From: a virus
Direction: 5' to 3' (one strand)
IMG/VR virus record: IMGVR_UViG_3300009593_000014
Span: 1-64,000 of that record
Length of the DNA stretch: 64,000 nucleotides
This document shows, piece after piece, positions 30,797 through 40,630 of the stretch. The notes beneath the pieces are model-generated. The model saw only the letters and a program-made list of their open reading frames with translations. It was not told where the DNA came from and did no database searches. Both the position numbers and the translations under genes were made by a program. Every line of letters begins with the position of its first letter. Position 1 is the stretch's first letter.

Positions 30797-31507
30797 TTAT
30801 TCCCAAAGTGCATTCCAAGTAGCAGGACCCACAATGCCATCTCGTGATAGTCTTGCAGATTTCTGTAGTCTTTTAACTGACCTTAATGTGTTGCGACCAA
30901 AAACTCCGTCTGGCACTCCACAATCAAAGCCAACTTCTCCTAAGCGTCTTTGGAGTACTTTTACTCTTTCTGATCTTTCACGATATCGCATAGGTGTAGA
31001 ACTTAACTGTTGCTTTATAGCTTCAAGATAAGCGGCTATAGCTTTAAGGTCAACCTTAGACTCTTTCTTATCTTCTTTACTCTCAGATAAAGAAGGAGCA
31101 TCAAACCACCCATCACCATTACGAGGCTGGTGATGCCACCACTCAGAGGCAACCGTAGGGTGTATTCCATATTCTTTAGCAATATTGTTAACCTCCCAAG
31201 TAGATATGCCTGATCCTGTAATCCTAAAGTCTACTGCATAGCAGTACCCATCTTCTTGTTGCATATGCCATGAGCCACGCCAAAAGTTATTCTTACCGAA
31301 GCGTCGATCTGGGTTGGCAGCGAGGTTCCCCCGGCCACTCTTGTATTTTTTATATAGGCGCGCCTGAGTCGCATAACTGCGACATCCAGACACAACTTTC
31401 ACTCTATTTACAATCCTAGCGTCTGCAAAGAAGGCCTCTAGTCTTTTACTAAAGGTAGGGTGCAGTAAAGACAAGTCAACACTACTACTAGTTACTGGTA
31501 TAGTCAT
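30797..31507 (-). CDS. endolysin: M15-type Zn peptidase plus peptidoglycan-binding domain
   Basis: SGCRS...Q, SWH, AVD, EWWH; C-terminal DGVFGRNT...DGIVGPATW. Confidence 0.9.
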   Translation of the reverse strand: MTIPVTSSSVDLSLLHPTFSKRLEAFFADARIVNRVKVVSGCRSYATQARLYKKYKSGRGNLAANPDRRFGKNNFWRGSWHMQQEDGYCYAVDFRITGSGISTWEVNNIAKEYGIHPTVASEWWHHQPRNGDGWFDAPSLSESKEDKKESKVDLKAIAAYLEAIKQQLSSTPMRYRERSERVKVLQRRLGEVGFDCGVPDGVFGRNTLRSVKRLQKSARLSRDGIVGPATWNALWE

Positions 31508-31509
31508 TA

Positions 31510-31734
31510 TTAATTATCTCCTTTTTTTGAAACTTTATCCTCATCATTATCAGAAACCTCAAGTTCATCCTCATCATTATCAGAAACTTCTTCGTCTGAT
31601 TGTTGTATAAAGCTCTGTTGTTTAGCCACTATGACGCGAAGAGCAGCAAGCTCAAGTTGATTCTTGCCTTCTGGAGAATTTTGCAACTCTGCAATTACCT
31701 CTTCTGCTGTAGGGTTAAAATTATTTGTATCCAT
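31510..31734 (-). CDS. hypothetical protein with duplicated EVSDNDED
   Basis: 74 aa with GAAAGGA SD; 21-bp direct repeat at 31537-31557 and 31567-31587. Confidence 0.7.
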   Translation of the reverse strand: MDTNNFNPTAEEVIAELQNSPEGKNQLELAALRVIVAKQQSFIQQSDEEVSDNDEDELEVSDNDEDKVSKKGDN

Positions 31735-31796
31735 TAAAAATCCTTTCGATTACTATATAATAGTATCATTATAACAGAAAGAATGCAACTTGCGTA

Positions 31797-34700
31797 CTAA
31801 TCTGCGGTATCTATAGTTAATTTATACCAACCAGTTGTGTTATTGTTGTATACTTTTGCCTTAACTGTGTACGTTCCTGCAGTTAATTCTCTTGAGATCC
31901 AAGCATCCCAACAATTTCCGTCACTTCCGCAGTCATTACCGCAAGAACAACCGTCATCATCATCTTTTTCTATTAAATTATTGTTGCTATCGTACAGGTA
32001 AATGTAAGGATCTCCGTAATCTGCTTCTCCATTGTTAGCATTCCCTGGCCAGCCATCACAAGTAAGCTCAGTTTCAGCCAATATGGTTACAGTTGTTGTT
32101 TCTGTAATTGTGAAAGTTACTGAGTCCTCGTTGCTGTTGAAGGTCTCAATGTCTGCAATACAGAAGTCTCCGAACCCTGTCCAGACGGTGTTATTGCCAC
32201 CTGTTAGTGCGCAATCATTAGACCACGACGAAGTAGAAGATGATGTAGATGTAACACTGTATGGATCAGACTCAGTTACTTGAACGTACCCATCACTCCA
32301 CACAACCGTAGTTATATCTGTATAAGTTGTTACCGTTGTGTCTGTGGTGGTTATATAATCGTGCCAGTATCCATCGGTATCTTCGCTAGTAACCGTATCC
32401 GTAGTAGTAGTCGTATTCGTCCCATCCTGTCTCTGTGTCACTGTCGCAGTCCCCGGAGTCGCACATCCACTCGGTTTGTCCGGTGCTGTCATCGGAATCA
32501 TCATATTCATACTCTTCGTAGAGTTCATAGTCCTCCTCTGGGTCATCGTATTCGGATTCGTCATCGAAGTCCCCATCATCATCGGACTCATCGCTCCACT
32601 CCCCCTGTTCGTAATCATCGTCCCAATCTGATTCTCCCTCCAGATGCAATCCCGATCCGTCGCTATCAGTTCCGTAAACTCCTCCATGTTCACCCCAGTC
32701 GTAGTCACTGTCGTGATCTCCGTCGTGGGTTCCCCCCATGTCGTTTCCGTCGTAATCTCCCCATTCGTATTCCATGTCTGGATCAGACCAATCGTATTCT
32801 CCTTCTCCGTAAAAGTCGTGTATTCCGTCAGTGTCGTAAATATGGTCGTCATCCATATCTCCGTCATTGTCCCCCCATTGTCCGTGAAAGTCAGGGTATT
32901 CGTCGTAGAGGTACTCGTCGTATTCGGAGTAGTCGTAGTCCATGATCTCATCATCAAACTCCTCTCCGTATTCTCCGTACTCACCAGAATCGGGGTCGTA
33001 ATAGACCCTCCAGCTAAAGGGTCGTCATCACCCCAGTCGTCCCATTCCTCTTCCTCTAGGTACCACTCTTCATCGTAATCCACTTCATCCCAATACTCAT
33101 CTTCCCAATACTCATCATCTATCTCCATAAGGATCTCAGTCAAGGACTCTTCAGGCTCCCAATATTCTTCTTCTTCATATTCTTCAACCCAAGAATCACC
33201 AAGCACTTCTTCTAACCTCCCTTCACTTACGGCAATGAAATACTCGGCATCAGTAGCAACCCAAGCTTCAATTTCATCTTCCTCCTGTACTATTTCCCCA
33301 ATTTCTTCATCATAATAAACTTCGATAACGAGAGGAGGTGGTTCAAAATCGTCCTCACTACCTTCCTCTACAATGTAGTCTGTTAAATCAATTTCTATTT
33401 CTGCTAACTCCGTACCGTCTTCATCAATGATTCCAATTTCCATTGTTTCAAGCTCTTCCTCGTTTGTTTCTACATCATCCTCGGAAAATACAACCTCAAT
33501 CTCTTGCCCCTCGTCTAGTTCAATTTCAGCCTCCAAAGCATCAATAGCAATAGAAACAGTGGCTTCTGAAACATCTCCAATCTCAAGTGACTCCTCTGAG
33601 AAGTTGATCAGGGAGTCTTCTTCGATTAGGAACGGATCATCTGACTTCTCTTCTTCAAGAGTAGCTTCTACCTGCAGGGATCGTTCTTCATCAAGTATTA
33701 GCAGAGAGAATCGATCATTAGATTCTTCTTCAACAATGTCGCTACCTGAAGTGTTCAATACACCAACATCAGCCGTAAATGTATCTACTGTTGCAGGCAA
33801 AGAAACCAATACAGGATCAGATGTGGATGGACCACTAATGAGGTATCTAAATGTAGCCCCCGGTATTTCATTTAGAAATTCTCCATCATAATAGCCAAGT
33901 CTTTGTCCTGTACTGGTCTGAACTTGTAATGTGGCTTGTTTAGAACCCGAAGAAGCAACTGTAAGTAGTGTTCCTGACTTTGTATCGCCCTCAGTGGGGC
34001 AGAAAGGGCAATTAAACGGCGGCTTGCGTGCAGTCATTGGGGTGAGTTCCATTGACCCAGCGCCTCCTGACCACGCTGAGGAGGCTTCTGAGGGGTTTGT
34101 AGCGGCAAGGGCGTATGTCCACCCAGAATCCGTAACATCTATCCAGCGTTCGCTTGTAGGCCAGTTAGAGTCATAAATATATATCCTGTAACCAGAGACC
34201 GTCTGTTCCACTCTATATGGAGTTACAGCATGCCCTCCTTCGTCAGAATATATACCAATAGTAAAACCTGTTGCAGACCCTCCAATAGCAGACTCTTCAA
34301 AATCCTCCAAAAGTATCCTAGCTAAATCCATAGGCTCCATTTGTCTGTATACAGAGGCTCTTTCTTGAACCTCAGGAGCAAACTGTGTAACATACCAAAA
34401 AGCAAGTTCAGACATCAAAGCAGGATCATCTTTTACTAGCTGAGACACCTCTTGCACTTGTTGAAAAGTCTGAATGCTTGACACATCCCCCGAGAGTCTC
34501 AGACTCAAAACTGCTAACCCTTCACACAAACCACCCTTCATAGATCTGTTTGCCTGAGCGATCAACTGCAATATTACAGGGAACGGAGTACATTGGTTAT
34601 CAACCACGGTCTGACAGACCTGATCGTCACCATACATTCTACGAGCCATATTTACTGTTAAGTCAGCGGGAGGCTCTCCACCGCCAAAGTTTTCAAACGA

Positions 34701-34865
34701 GAATGAATCATCATCTGGAACAAAGGGGATAGCCCAATCCTCTAAGACAACAGATGGATCAGATGTATCTATAGTTGTTGTTGTAGCTTCAGTAGTGCTA
34801 CTCTTACCTGAGCACCCTGAAAGAATTACACATGTCGCTAGTAACGCAGATAGGAGTCTTTTCAC
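31797..34865 (-). CDS. large acidic lipoprotein with Thr-rich linker and C-terminal PPC-like beta domain
   Basis: Signal peptide with lipobox ILSG-C; GLCEG / GGHAVTPY / IYDSNWP papain-like C-H-D pattern; DPYIYLYD...LTAGTYTV...YKLTI at the C-terminus. Confidence 0.8.
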   Translation of the reverse strand: MKRLLSALLATCVILSGCSGKSSTTEATTTTIDTSDPSVVLEDWAIPFVPDDDSFSFENFGGGEPPADLTVNMARRMYGDDQVCQTVVDNQCTPFPVILQLIAQANRSMKGGLCEGLAVLSLRLSGDVSSIQTFQQVQEVSQLVKDDPALMSELAFWYVTQFAPEVQERASVYRQMEPMDLARILLEDFEESAIGGSATGFTIGIYSDEGGHAVTPYRVEQTVSGYRIYIYDSNWPTSERWIDVTDSGWTYALAATNPSEASSAWSGGAGSMELTPMTARKPPFNCPFCPTEGDTKSGTLLTVASSGSKQATLQVQTSTGQRLGYYDGEFLNEIPGATFRYLISGPSTSDPVLVSLPATVDTFTADVGVLNTSGSDIVEEESNDRFSLLILDEERSLQVEATLEEEKSDDPFLIEEDSLINFSEESLEIGDVSEATVSIAIDALEAEIELDEGQEIEVVFSEDDVETNEEELETMEIGIIDEDGTELAEIEIDLTDYIVEEGSEDDFEPPPLVIEVYYDEEIGEIVQEEDEIEAWVATDAEYFIAVSEGRLEEVLGDSWVEEYEEEEYWEPEESLTEILMEIDDEYWEDEYWDEVDYDEEWYLEEEEWDDWGDDDPLAGGSITTPILVSTENTERSLMMRSWTTTTPNTTSTSTTNTLTFTDNGGTMTEIWMTTIFTTLTEYTTFTEKENTIGLIQTWNTNGEITTETTWGEPTTEITTVTTTGVNMEEFTELIATDRDCIWRENQIGTMITNRGSGAMSPMMMGTSMTNPNTMTQRRTMNSTKSMNMMIPMTAPDKPSGCATPGTATVTQRQDGTNTTTTTDTVTSEDTDGYWHDYITTTDTTVTTYTDITTVVWSDGYVQVTESDPYSVTSTSSSTSSWSNDCALTGGNNTVWTGFGDFCIADIETFNSNEDSVTFTITETTTVTILAETELTCDGWPGNANNGEADYGDPYIYLYDSNNNLIEKDDDDGCSCGNDCGSDGNCWDAWISRELTAGTYTVKAKVYNNNTTGWYKLTIDTAD
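32386..33021 (-). CDS. putative -1 frameshift extension of the lipoprotein (D/E/Y/G/W-rich)
   Basis: The -1 frame is open from 33024 to 32386 and begins at slippery C CCT TTA (33021-33015); its composition continues the upstream acidic region. Confidence 0.55.
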   Translation of the reverse strand, partial: PFSWRVYYDPDSGEYGEYGEEFDDEIMDYDYSEYDEYLYDEYPDFHGQWGDNDGDMDDDHIYDTDGIHDFYGEGEYDWSDPDMEYEWGDYDGNDMGGTHDGDHDSDYDWGEHGGVYGTDSDGSGLHLEGESDWDDDYEQGEWSDESDDDGDFDDESEYDDPEEDYELYEEYEYDDSDDSTGQTEWMCDSGDCDSDTETGWDEYDYYYGYGY

Positions 34866-35299
34866 TACTCATTCCCATAGCGTCCTTTCCGCTTGCGTTG
34901 ATACAAGAATAGTAGTCCTATAAAAATTACTGCTACTCCTGCTATTATCATCAACGTAATTGAACCCGAGGCTGTTGATGGATCAAGACTAAAGTTTTTA
35001 GTCCCACCACCCAGTAGGTCACTTCCAACCTGCAGGTCTGCTACGGCAGCTTCTAACTGGGCTACCTGATCTTTAAGGGCAGCTTCTTCTGCACTGGACT
35101 CCCATAGGAACCCAAACGCACCCGAAATAGCTGCTGGCAATCCCAGCACATATGCGATATTATCTTTAATTTTATCAATAATACCCATGGCTGAACTTGC
35201 ATCCTTTGTTACTTTTTTTGAGGGCTTATCTCGCCCCTTCTCTAGCATTGCTTCTTGTAAATGATGCAATGCTTTACCTAAATGTTCTGATTCACTCAT
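34865..35299 (-). CDS. membrane protein with coiled coil and C-terminal TM plus basic tail
   Basis: Two hydrophobic segments, LKDQVAQLEAAVADL coil, QRKRK tail; stop overlaps the lipoprotein start. Confidence 0.7.
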   Translation of the reverse strand: MSESEHLGKALHHLQEAMLEKGRDKPSKKVTKDASSAMGIIDKIKDNIAYVLGLPAAISGAFGFLWESSAEEAALKDQVAQLEAAVADLQVGSDLLGGGTKNFSLDPSTASGSITLMIIAGVAVIFIGLLFLYQRKRKGRYGNE

Positions 35300-35937
35300 G
35301 ATCCCTCCATCATTGTTAGTTCTTGCTCTATAAAAGTTGTAATAATTGTTTTATGGCCACTCAAAGGAATTTCTCCTCTGTGCGGATACAGCCAATGGAC
35401 AGGGAAAATCAAAACTCTCCCAGCCTTCGGTTCAACACTTAACCCATGCTTAGTGAACGTTGTTTCGCCACCAACTTCTACATCATTCAAATACAAAAGA
35501 ACTGCTAAAAAACGATCCTTTGTTGAATTGAAAGGTCCGCCATCTACATGCTCTGCATAAAAACCGTGACCTTCTTGATAGCGTTGAAGTTGAAATCCTG
35601 TATCACGCAGAGGCCATGCCAGATGAGCCAAACCGTCATATTTACTGACATAGCAGTTAAGCGCTTTGCTAATACTTTTGTGAAGTTCATCCTCGAACCA
35701 TCCCAGACTGTATAAACCTTCGCCCAGATTTGCCATAGATAATCCCATATCTGAAGAATTTTTTATTCTGGTATCTACTCCCATCATAGATTTGCCTTCT
35801 GACAAAACATTGGAATCCCACAAGACATCCCAATGCTCAGTCAATGTAGCATCAACTTTGCCGCAGATATCAGGATCAACAAACCCATCGCAAACACCTA
35901 CGCCTGCCCACTTACCTAAAGGAAAATCTATGTTCAT
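35296..35937 (-). CDS. 2OG-Fe(II) oxygenase (prolyl-4-hydroxylase-like)
   Basis: HVD, LLYLNDVEVGGETTF, PKAGRVLIFP, HRG, K; ATGA-coupled start at 35937. Confidence 0.92.
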   Translation of the reverse strand: MNIDFPLGKWAGVGVCDGFVDPDICGKVDATLTEHWDVLWDSNVLSEGKSMMGVDTRIKNSSDMGLSMANLGEGLYSLGWFEDELHKSISKALNCYVSKYDGLAHLAWPLRDTGFQLQRYQEGHGFYAEHVDGGPFNSTKDRFLAVLLYLNDVEVGGETTFTKHGLSVEPKAGRVLIFPVHWLYPHRGEIPLSGHKTIITTFIEQELTMMEGS

Positions 35938-36698
35938 GAGCCTGTCGGCATAAACCCAATCAATGCCGTTTTTTGTATTAAAGGAAGCAACCATTCCTCT
36001 ACTATAGTGCCTGAAATGTCAGGAGGGTCTTCTGCTACCTGAGCATCAGTCTTACCTTCCAAATACTTCTGGACCTTATTAGGAGGAACGTTTGTCCAAA
36101 TCCAATCTCTAACATCATCTGGCATCTCTAACCCTGCAAGCATGTTTCTACAAACATCAACCATAGGTTCAGTGGAGCCAAAGTCAGAACCTGCAACTTC
36201 CCATTCCATCATTAAGCGTAAAAGTTCCTGTATCGTTCTTGTTCCAGCAGAATGACGACCAGCAACCACCCTATTCTCTGCTTCTGAATCAGCCGACTCA
36301 ATATAAATAACCATTCCACCACATTCTGGGTTACCGAAAACAGCGCCTAGGTAAGTCAATTCATTAAAAGGTAAATCGTGGTTACCTGTTAAAGAGTATG
36401 GTGGAGTATTTGCTCCACAGTTGCATGTTTGAGATGCCTCGTCCCAAAGGTGAAATGCCTTAGGGCCGTATTGATTTTGCCCTGAATCGCAACGTCTGTG
36501 CATTTCACCATCTGAACCAAGTTCTTCTTGCTCATATATATCAGGTATTAACTGTACAAAAGCAAAAAAACCTTTAGTGTTATCCACAGTCCAAGTAGAA
36601 CCGTCTTCAGTAATAGTCCTAGCAGGCAACTTATTGAAGTAACCCACACCACCAAGATGCTGAGGCTGATCAGCGAACGGAACCATGATCTCTTCCAT
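35934..36698 (-). CDS. hypothetical protein
   Basis: 254 aa, coupled to the fibre and oxygenase genes. Confidence 0.7.
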   Translation of the reverse strand: MEEIMVPFADQPQHLGGVGYFNKLPARTITEDGSTWTVDNTKGFFAFVQLIPDIYEQEELGSDGEMHRRCDSGQNQYGPKAFHLWDEASQTCNCGANTPPYSLTGNHDLPFNELTYLGAVFGNPECGGMVIYIESADSEAENRVVAGRHSAGTRTIQELLRLMMEWEVAGSDFGSTEPMVDVCRNMLAGLEMPDDVRDWIWTNVPPNKVQKYLEGKTDAQVAEDPPDISGTIVEEWLLPLIQKTALIGFMPTGS

Positions 36699-39600
36699 TA
36701 GGTTTTAATAATGAAACCAAATGGTTCCACATCCATAGTTGTATTGACTGTCGCGGACGACAAAGAGTGGTTATGGTTCGCAGAATTGTTTCCAGTAGTC
36801 ACATTGTGTGTATGGTTGTGAGTTGGGTCACCAAGAGAAACTGTATGCGAATGATTCCCATAACTATTTGTGGTGTGCGTGTGCCAAGAAGAAACATTCC
36901 CAGTGGCATTGCTTGTTTGACTACCAGAGTTACTCTTACTGTAATTATGCGAGTGGTTAGAAGAAGGGTTGCCAGTGTTATGACTATGCGCCCCAGTGTT
37001 AGAAGTATTTCCATTATGTGTGTGGTTAGCCGACTGATTACCTGACGTACCATTATGAGTATGGTCAGCGGACTGATTACCCAAAGCTAAAGCATCTAAA
37101 GAAGAAGAACCAGCCAAAGTAGTAGCAGACGGAGTAGTGCTCAAAGCAATACCCATCGCCAACCTATCAACAGGGTTAGGCAAATTAAACGTAGAAGAAC
37201 CATCACCAGCACCATAACGAGTACCTATAACCGCAAACAAACCAGAATAAGTTGATCTTGAAACTGCTGAGCCATCACACTCAAGCCATCCAGTAGGGGC
37301 AGAAGACCCAGACCACATGACGACTGCACCTGTAGGGGACCCAGCAGCACCGATTCTGTCATCAATAGCAGCGCTAGTCATCAAAGAAGTGTCATTATCA
37401 GCAAACGACTCACCAGAAGTCTGAACCGCTGTGATCCCAACCGAATCCATCGTAACCGTACCAGACACAGTAAGAGCGCTAAGAGTACCCACACTCGTGA
37501 GTGAAGAAGTCACAACATTAGACTTCAACTCCGTACCAGTCAACGTTCCAGCAGCAGCCGTAACCGTGATATCGCCTGTTCCATCAAAATCAACACCATT
37601 AATTGCTCTAGCTGTAGCCAACGCAGTCGCTGTTGCTGCATTCCCTGTTGTGTCTTGATTAAGCGTTCCAATCACAAAATCTAAAGTATTATCTGCATCC
37701 TCATAAGTAACAGCAATGCCTGTCTCAGTATTGCTTGTTACCATTCCGCCTACTGTGTCAGCAATATATTCGCTTAACGCTGTGCCATTTACAGTTATTG
37801 CATCAGCCTCTAGAGTTCCATCAACATCTACATTTCCAGTAACATCTGCATCACCCGCAACGCTTAAGCTTGTACCATTAATCAATTGAAGAGTTGTGCT
37901 ATTCCATCTTCCTGAAATATTTTGAGAACCTGCTTTAACGTGAGCAAATTCTATGATGCCATCTTCAGAGCCATCTGATGCGTCTGAAATTTTACCTGTT
38001 ATTTTCGCATAATTAACTTTTTGATCATTGTCATTTTCACCTTGAAATTTAATTTGACCAAGATAATCAGCATCGGCTGGTGAAGAACTATTCCTATACA
38101 ACTCAATTATTGGACCGGCATCACTTCCTGTTTCATAGCTATTTAATGATAAAATATCGCCAGCACTGATGTTTCCACCGACACTTAAATTACCAGATGA
38201 TGGATTGTATGTAAATCCAGCGTCTGACTCTACTCCTTGCGTACCTGAAAATCCATCCGCAAATAAAGGATATACAGTCTCATCTGCTGAACTTGACGTA
38301 ACAGTGATTGATGTCGCCAAAGCCGCTGTACCTGAAGTATCCTGATTAAGGGTGCCAACAACAAAATCTAAAGTGTTATCGCTATCGTCATAAGTAACAG
38401 CAATTCCAGTTTCGGTATTACTTGTGACCATAGCGCCAACAGTATCAGCGATAGTTTCAGCCAAAGAAGTTCCATCAATAGTTAAAGCATCAGCTTCTAG
38501 CGTTCCATCAACATCTACGTTTCCAGATATATCTAACGATGCAGCAACTAATTCTCCCCCTATAGTAAGATTTCCAGAAGAAGGGTTGTATGTTAATCCA
38601 GTGTCAGTCTCTATGTCTTGCGTTCCTGTTGCCGCATCAACAAAGACAGGATATACAGTCTCATCAGTTGAATTATTTGCTGTAACAGTAACTGTAGTAG
38701 CCAGAGCCGCTGTACCTGAAGTATCCTGATTACCGGCTGTACTGACTCCCGGAAGGTCAATATCTGCTGTTCCACTGAAAGAAACTCCACCAATAGTTCT
38801 TGGAGTTTCCAGCGCTGTAGCAGTAGCAGCATTTCCAGTAGTATTCTGATTACCGGCTGAATTAACACCCGGGAGATCAATATTGGAAGTACCATCAAAA
38901 GAAACCCCACCAATGCTTCTTGAAGTTTCTAACGCTGTAGCAGTTGCTGCATTACCTGTCGCATTGCCTGTCACATTGCCTGTCACATTGCCTGTCACAT
39001 TGCCTGTAATATTTCCAGCAAAAGAGGTAGATGTTAAAACGTTCGTACTTGGATTATAGGTGAGAGTAGAGTCCAACTCTATTCCTTTAGACGACCCAGA
39101 TCCGTCAACAAAAGCAATGAACACCATTTCGTCTGTAGTTAAATTATTAGTCACTGTAACATTAGTAGCAGTTGTAGCAGTTGTAGCCGTAGCAGCGTTG
39201 CCCGAAGTGTCTTGGTTACCGGCAGTATTTACACCCGGAAGGTCAATATTTGCTGTCCCATTGAAAGAAACACCACCAATAGTTCTAGCAGTCTCAAGGG
39301 CTGTAGCAGTAGCGGCATTGCCGGTAGTGTCTTGATTGAGAGTGCTCACTACAAAGTCTAACGTATTGTCAGAATCTTCATAAGTAACTGAAATTCCAGT
39401 TTCAGTATTGCTTCCAACCATAGCGCCGATAGTGTCTGCTATATATTCGTTCAATGCGGTACCATCTACAGTTATTGCATCTGCTTCTAAAGTACCATCA
39501 ATATCGGCATTACCAGAAATATTTAAATCAACTATATAGGCTTCTGCCCATTCTTTTAATGAAGATCCAAGCTTATATCCTTCATCAGCATAAGGCTCAA

Positions 39601-40576
39601 TACCGCTTGAAGTAAATGATACTTCATAGTTACTATTTGCCCTAATATAAATATCACTCTCACATTCAATGAACATATTGCCACCAACAACATGATTTTT
39701 GAGATACCAGTTGGAATTATTGTTGTACCCAAAATAACCTAATTCAGTTCCATCATCATCTGTAAAAAGAACCTTAGCGCCCTTATTCGTCCCACCTTGA
39801 TGACCAATCTCAAGCGCCGTGGGATCAGTGTTAGTGGTGCCCCCTCTAACAACCACTCTTTTCATTGGGGAAGTTTGGTCAGCAGTAGTGACCCAAAACT
39901 CTATATCAGACGGAGTATAGTTATCAGAATAAAAGTTTTCTCCTACTATAGCTTTAATTGCAGCAGAATGAAAGTACCCACCGCTGGCTGTCTGTCCATA
40001 GAAGTCTATTTGCCCATAGACGGAATCGATGTCAAGCCTTGCAGCGCCAGCAGCCTCAGACTTATAAAAAGCGATGTTACCAGAATGCGCTTCAGTATCA
40101 CTGGCTACATCTAGTTTAATGCCTGTATTGGCACCACTTTTTGTCATGGTGATTAAAGAAGAACCATCATAAACAAGATTAGCGTTCCCTCCAAAGCTTC
40201 CACTGTTATTAAACTGAATTTGTGTATTTGAACCACCGGGAGAACCACCGCCACCAGACTGATTTGCCCACGAAATAGAACCAGAACCATCTGTAACCAT
40301 TACTTGATCTGCTGAGCCATCAGCAGTTGGCAATGTAAACTCGCCAGTAACTGCCAAAGAAGCAGCCGTAAAAGCATCGTCAGTTTTAAGAGTGTTTGCG
40401 GAGGCTCTGTATAAAGTAGTATCACCTGTAGCAGCACCAGAACTCCAAGTTAATTTACCACCAACATCAATAGAAAGTCTAGATTGGCTATCACCAGTAA
40501 CTTTGGTTCTAATTGCTTCAGAAGCAGCAGATGCTGCATCGTCTATAGAAATTACTGTTTTAAATGATTTAGCCAC
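36698..40576 (-). CDS. long fibre protein with tail-collar domain and His-rich tip
   Basis: PTGAVVMW...APTGWLECDGSAVSRSTYSGLFAVIGTRYGAGDGSSTFNLP collar domain; GNAATATAL repeats; multiple HxH motifs. Confidence 0.9.
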   Translation of the reverse strand: MAKSFKTVISIDDAASAASEAIRTKVTGDSQSRLSIDVGGKLTWSSGAATGDTTLYRASANTLKTDDAFTAASLAVTGEFTLPTADGSADQVMVTDGSGSISWANQSGGGGSPGGSNTQIQFNNSGSFGGNANLVYDGSSLITMTKSGANTGIKLDVASDTEAHSGNIAFYKSEAAGAARLDIDSVYGQIDFYGQTASGGYFHSAAIKAIVGENFYSDNYTPSDIEFWVTTADQTSPMKRVVVRGGTTNTDPTALEIGHQGGTNKGAKVLFTDDDGTELGYFGYNNNSNWYLKNHVVGGNMFIECESDIYIRANSNYEVSFTSSGIEPYADEGYKLGSSLKEWAEAYIVDLNISGNADIDGTLEADAITVDGTALNEYIADTIGAMVGSNTETGISVTYEDSDNTLDFVVSTLNQDTTGNAATATALETARTIGGVSFNGTANIDLPGVNTAGNQDTSGNAATATTATTATNVTVTNNLTTDEMVFIAFVDGSGSSKGIELDSTLTYNPSTNVLTSTSFAGNITGNVTGNVTGNVTGNATGNAATATALETSRSIGGVSFDGTSNIDLPGVNSAGNQNTTGNAATATALETPRTIGGVSFSGTADIDLPGVSTAGNQDTSGTAALATTVTVTANNSTDETVYPVFVDAATGTQDIETDTGLTYNPSSGNLTIGGELVAASLDISGNVDVDGTLEADALTIDGTSLAETIADTVGAMVTSNTETGIAVTYDDSDNTLDFVVGTLNQDTSGTAALATSITVTSSSADETVYPLFADGFSGTQGVESDAGFTYNPSSGNLSVGGNISAGDILSLNSYETGSDAGPIIELYRNSSSPADADYLGQIKFQGENDNDQKVNYAKITGKISDASDGSEDGIIEFAHVKAGSQNISGRWNSTTLQLINGTSLSVAGDADVTGNVDVDGTLEADAITVNGTALSEYIADTVGGMVTSNTETGIAVTYEDADNTLDFVIGTLNQDTTGNAATATALATARAINGVDFDGTGDITVTAAAGTLTGTELKSNVVTSSLTSVGTLSALTVSGTVTMDSVGITAVQTSGESFADNDTSLMTSAAIDDRIGAAGSPTGAVVMWSGSSAPTGWLECDGSAVSRSTYSGLFAVIGTRYGAGDGSSTFNLPNPVDRLAMGIALSTTPSATTLAGSSSLDALALGNQSADHTHNGTSGNQSANHTHNGNTSNTGAHSHNTGNPSSNHSHNYSKSNSGSQTSNATGNVSSWHTHTTNSYGNHSHTVSLGDPTHNHTHNVTTGNNSANHNHSLSSATVNTTMDVEPFGFIIKT
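38950..39010 (-). repeat. 12-bp coding tandem repeat (GNVT)
   Basis: cattgcctgtca repeated about 4 times. Confidence 0.8.
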
Positions 40577-40630
40577 GACCTCAACCGTCCTTTATAAATT
40601 ATATCATCTTTTCCTCAGAAAAAATGTTTA

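Noticed and set aside
32280-33078. Plus-strand ORFs over the dual-coding lipoprotein segment
   Set aside because: His/Arg/Val/Ser-rich antisense by-products of GAC/ACG repeats; no expression signals.
36698-40576. Internal duplications in the fibre as a DGR template/variable pair
   Set aside because: They are in-frame structural repeats without evident adenine-specific differences, and no reverse transcriptase is present.
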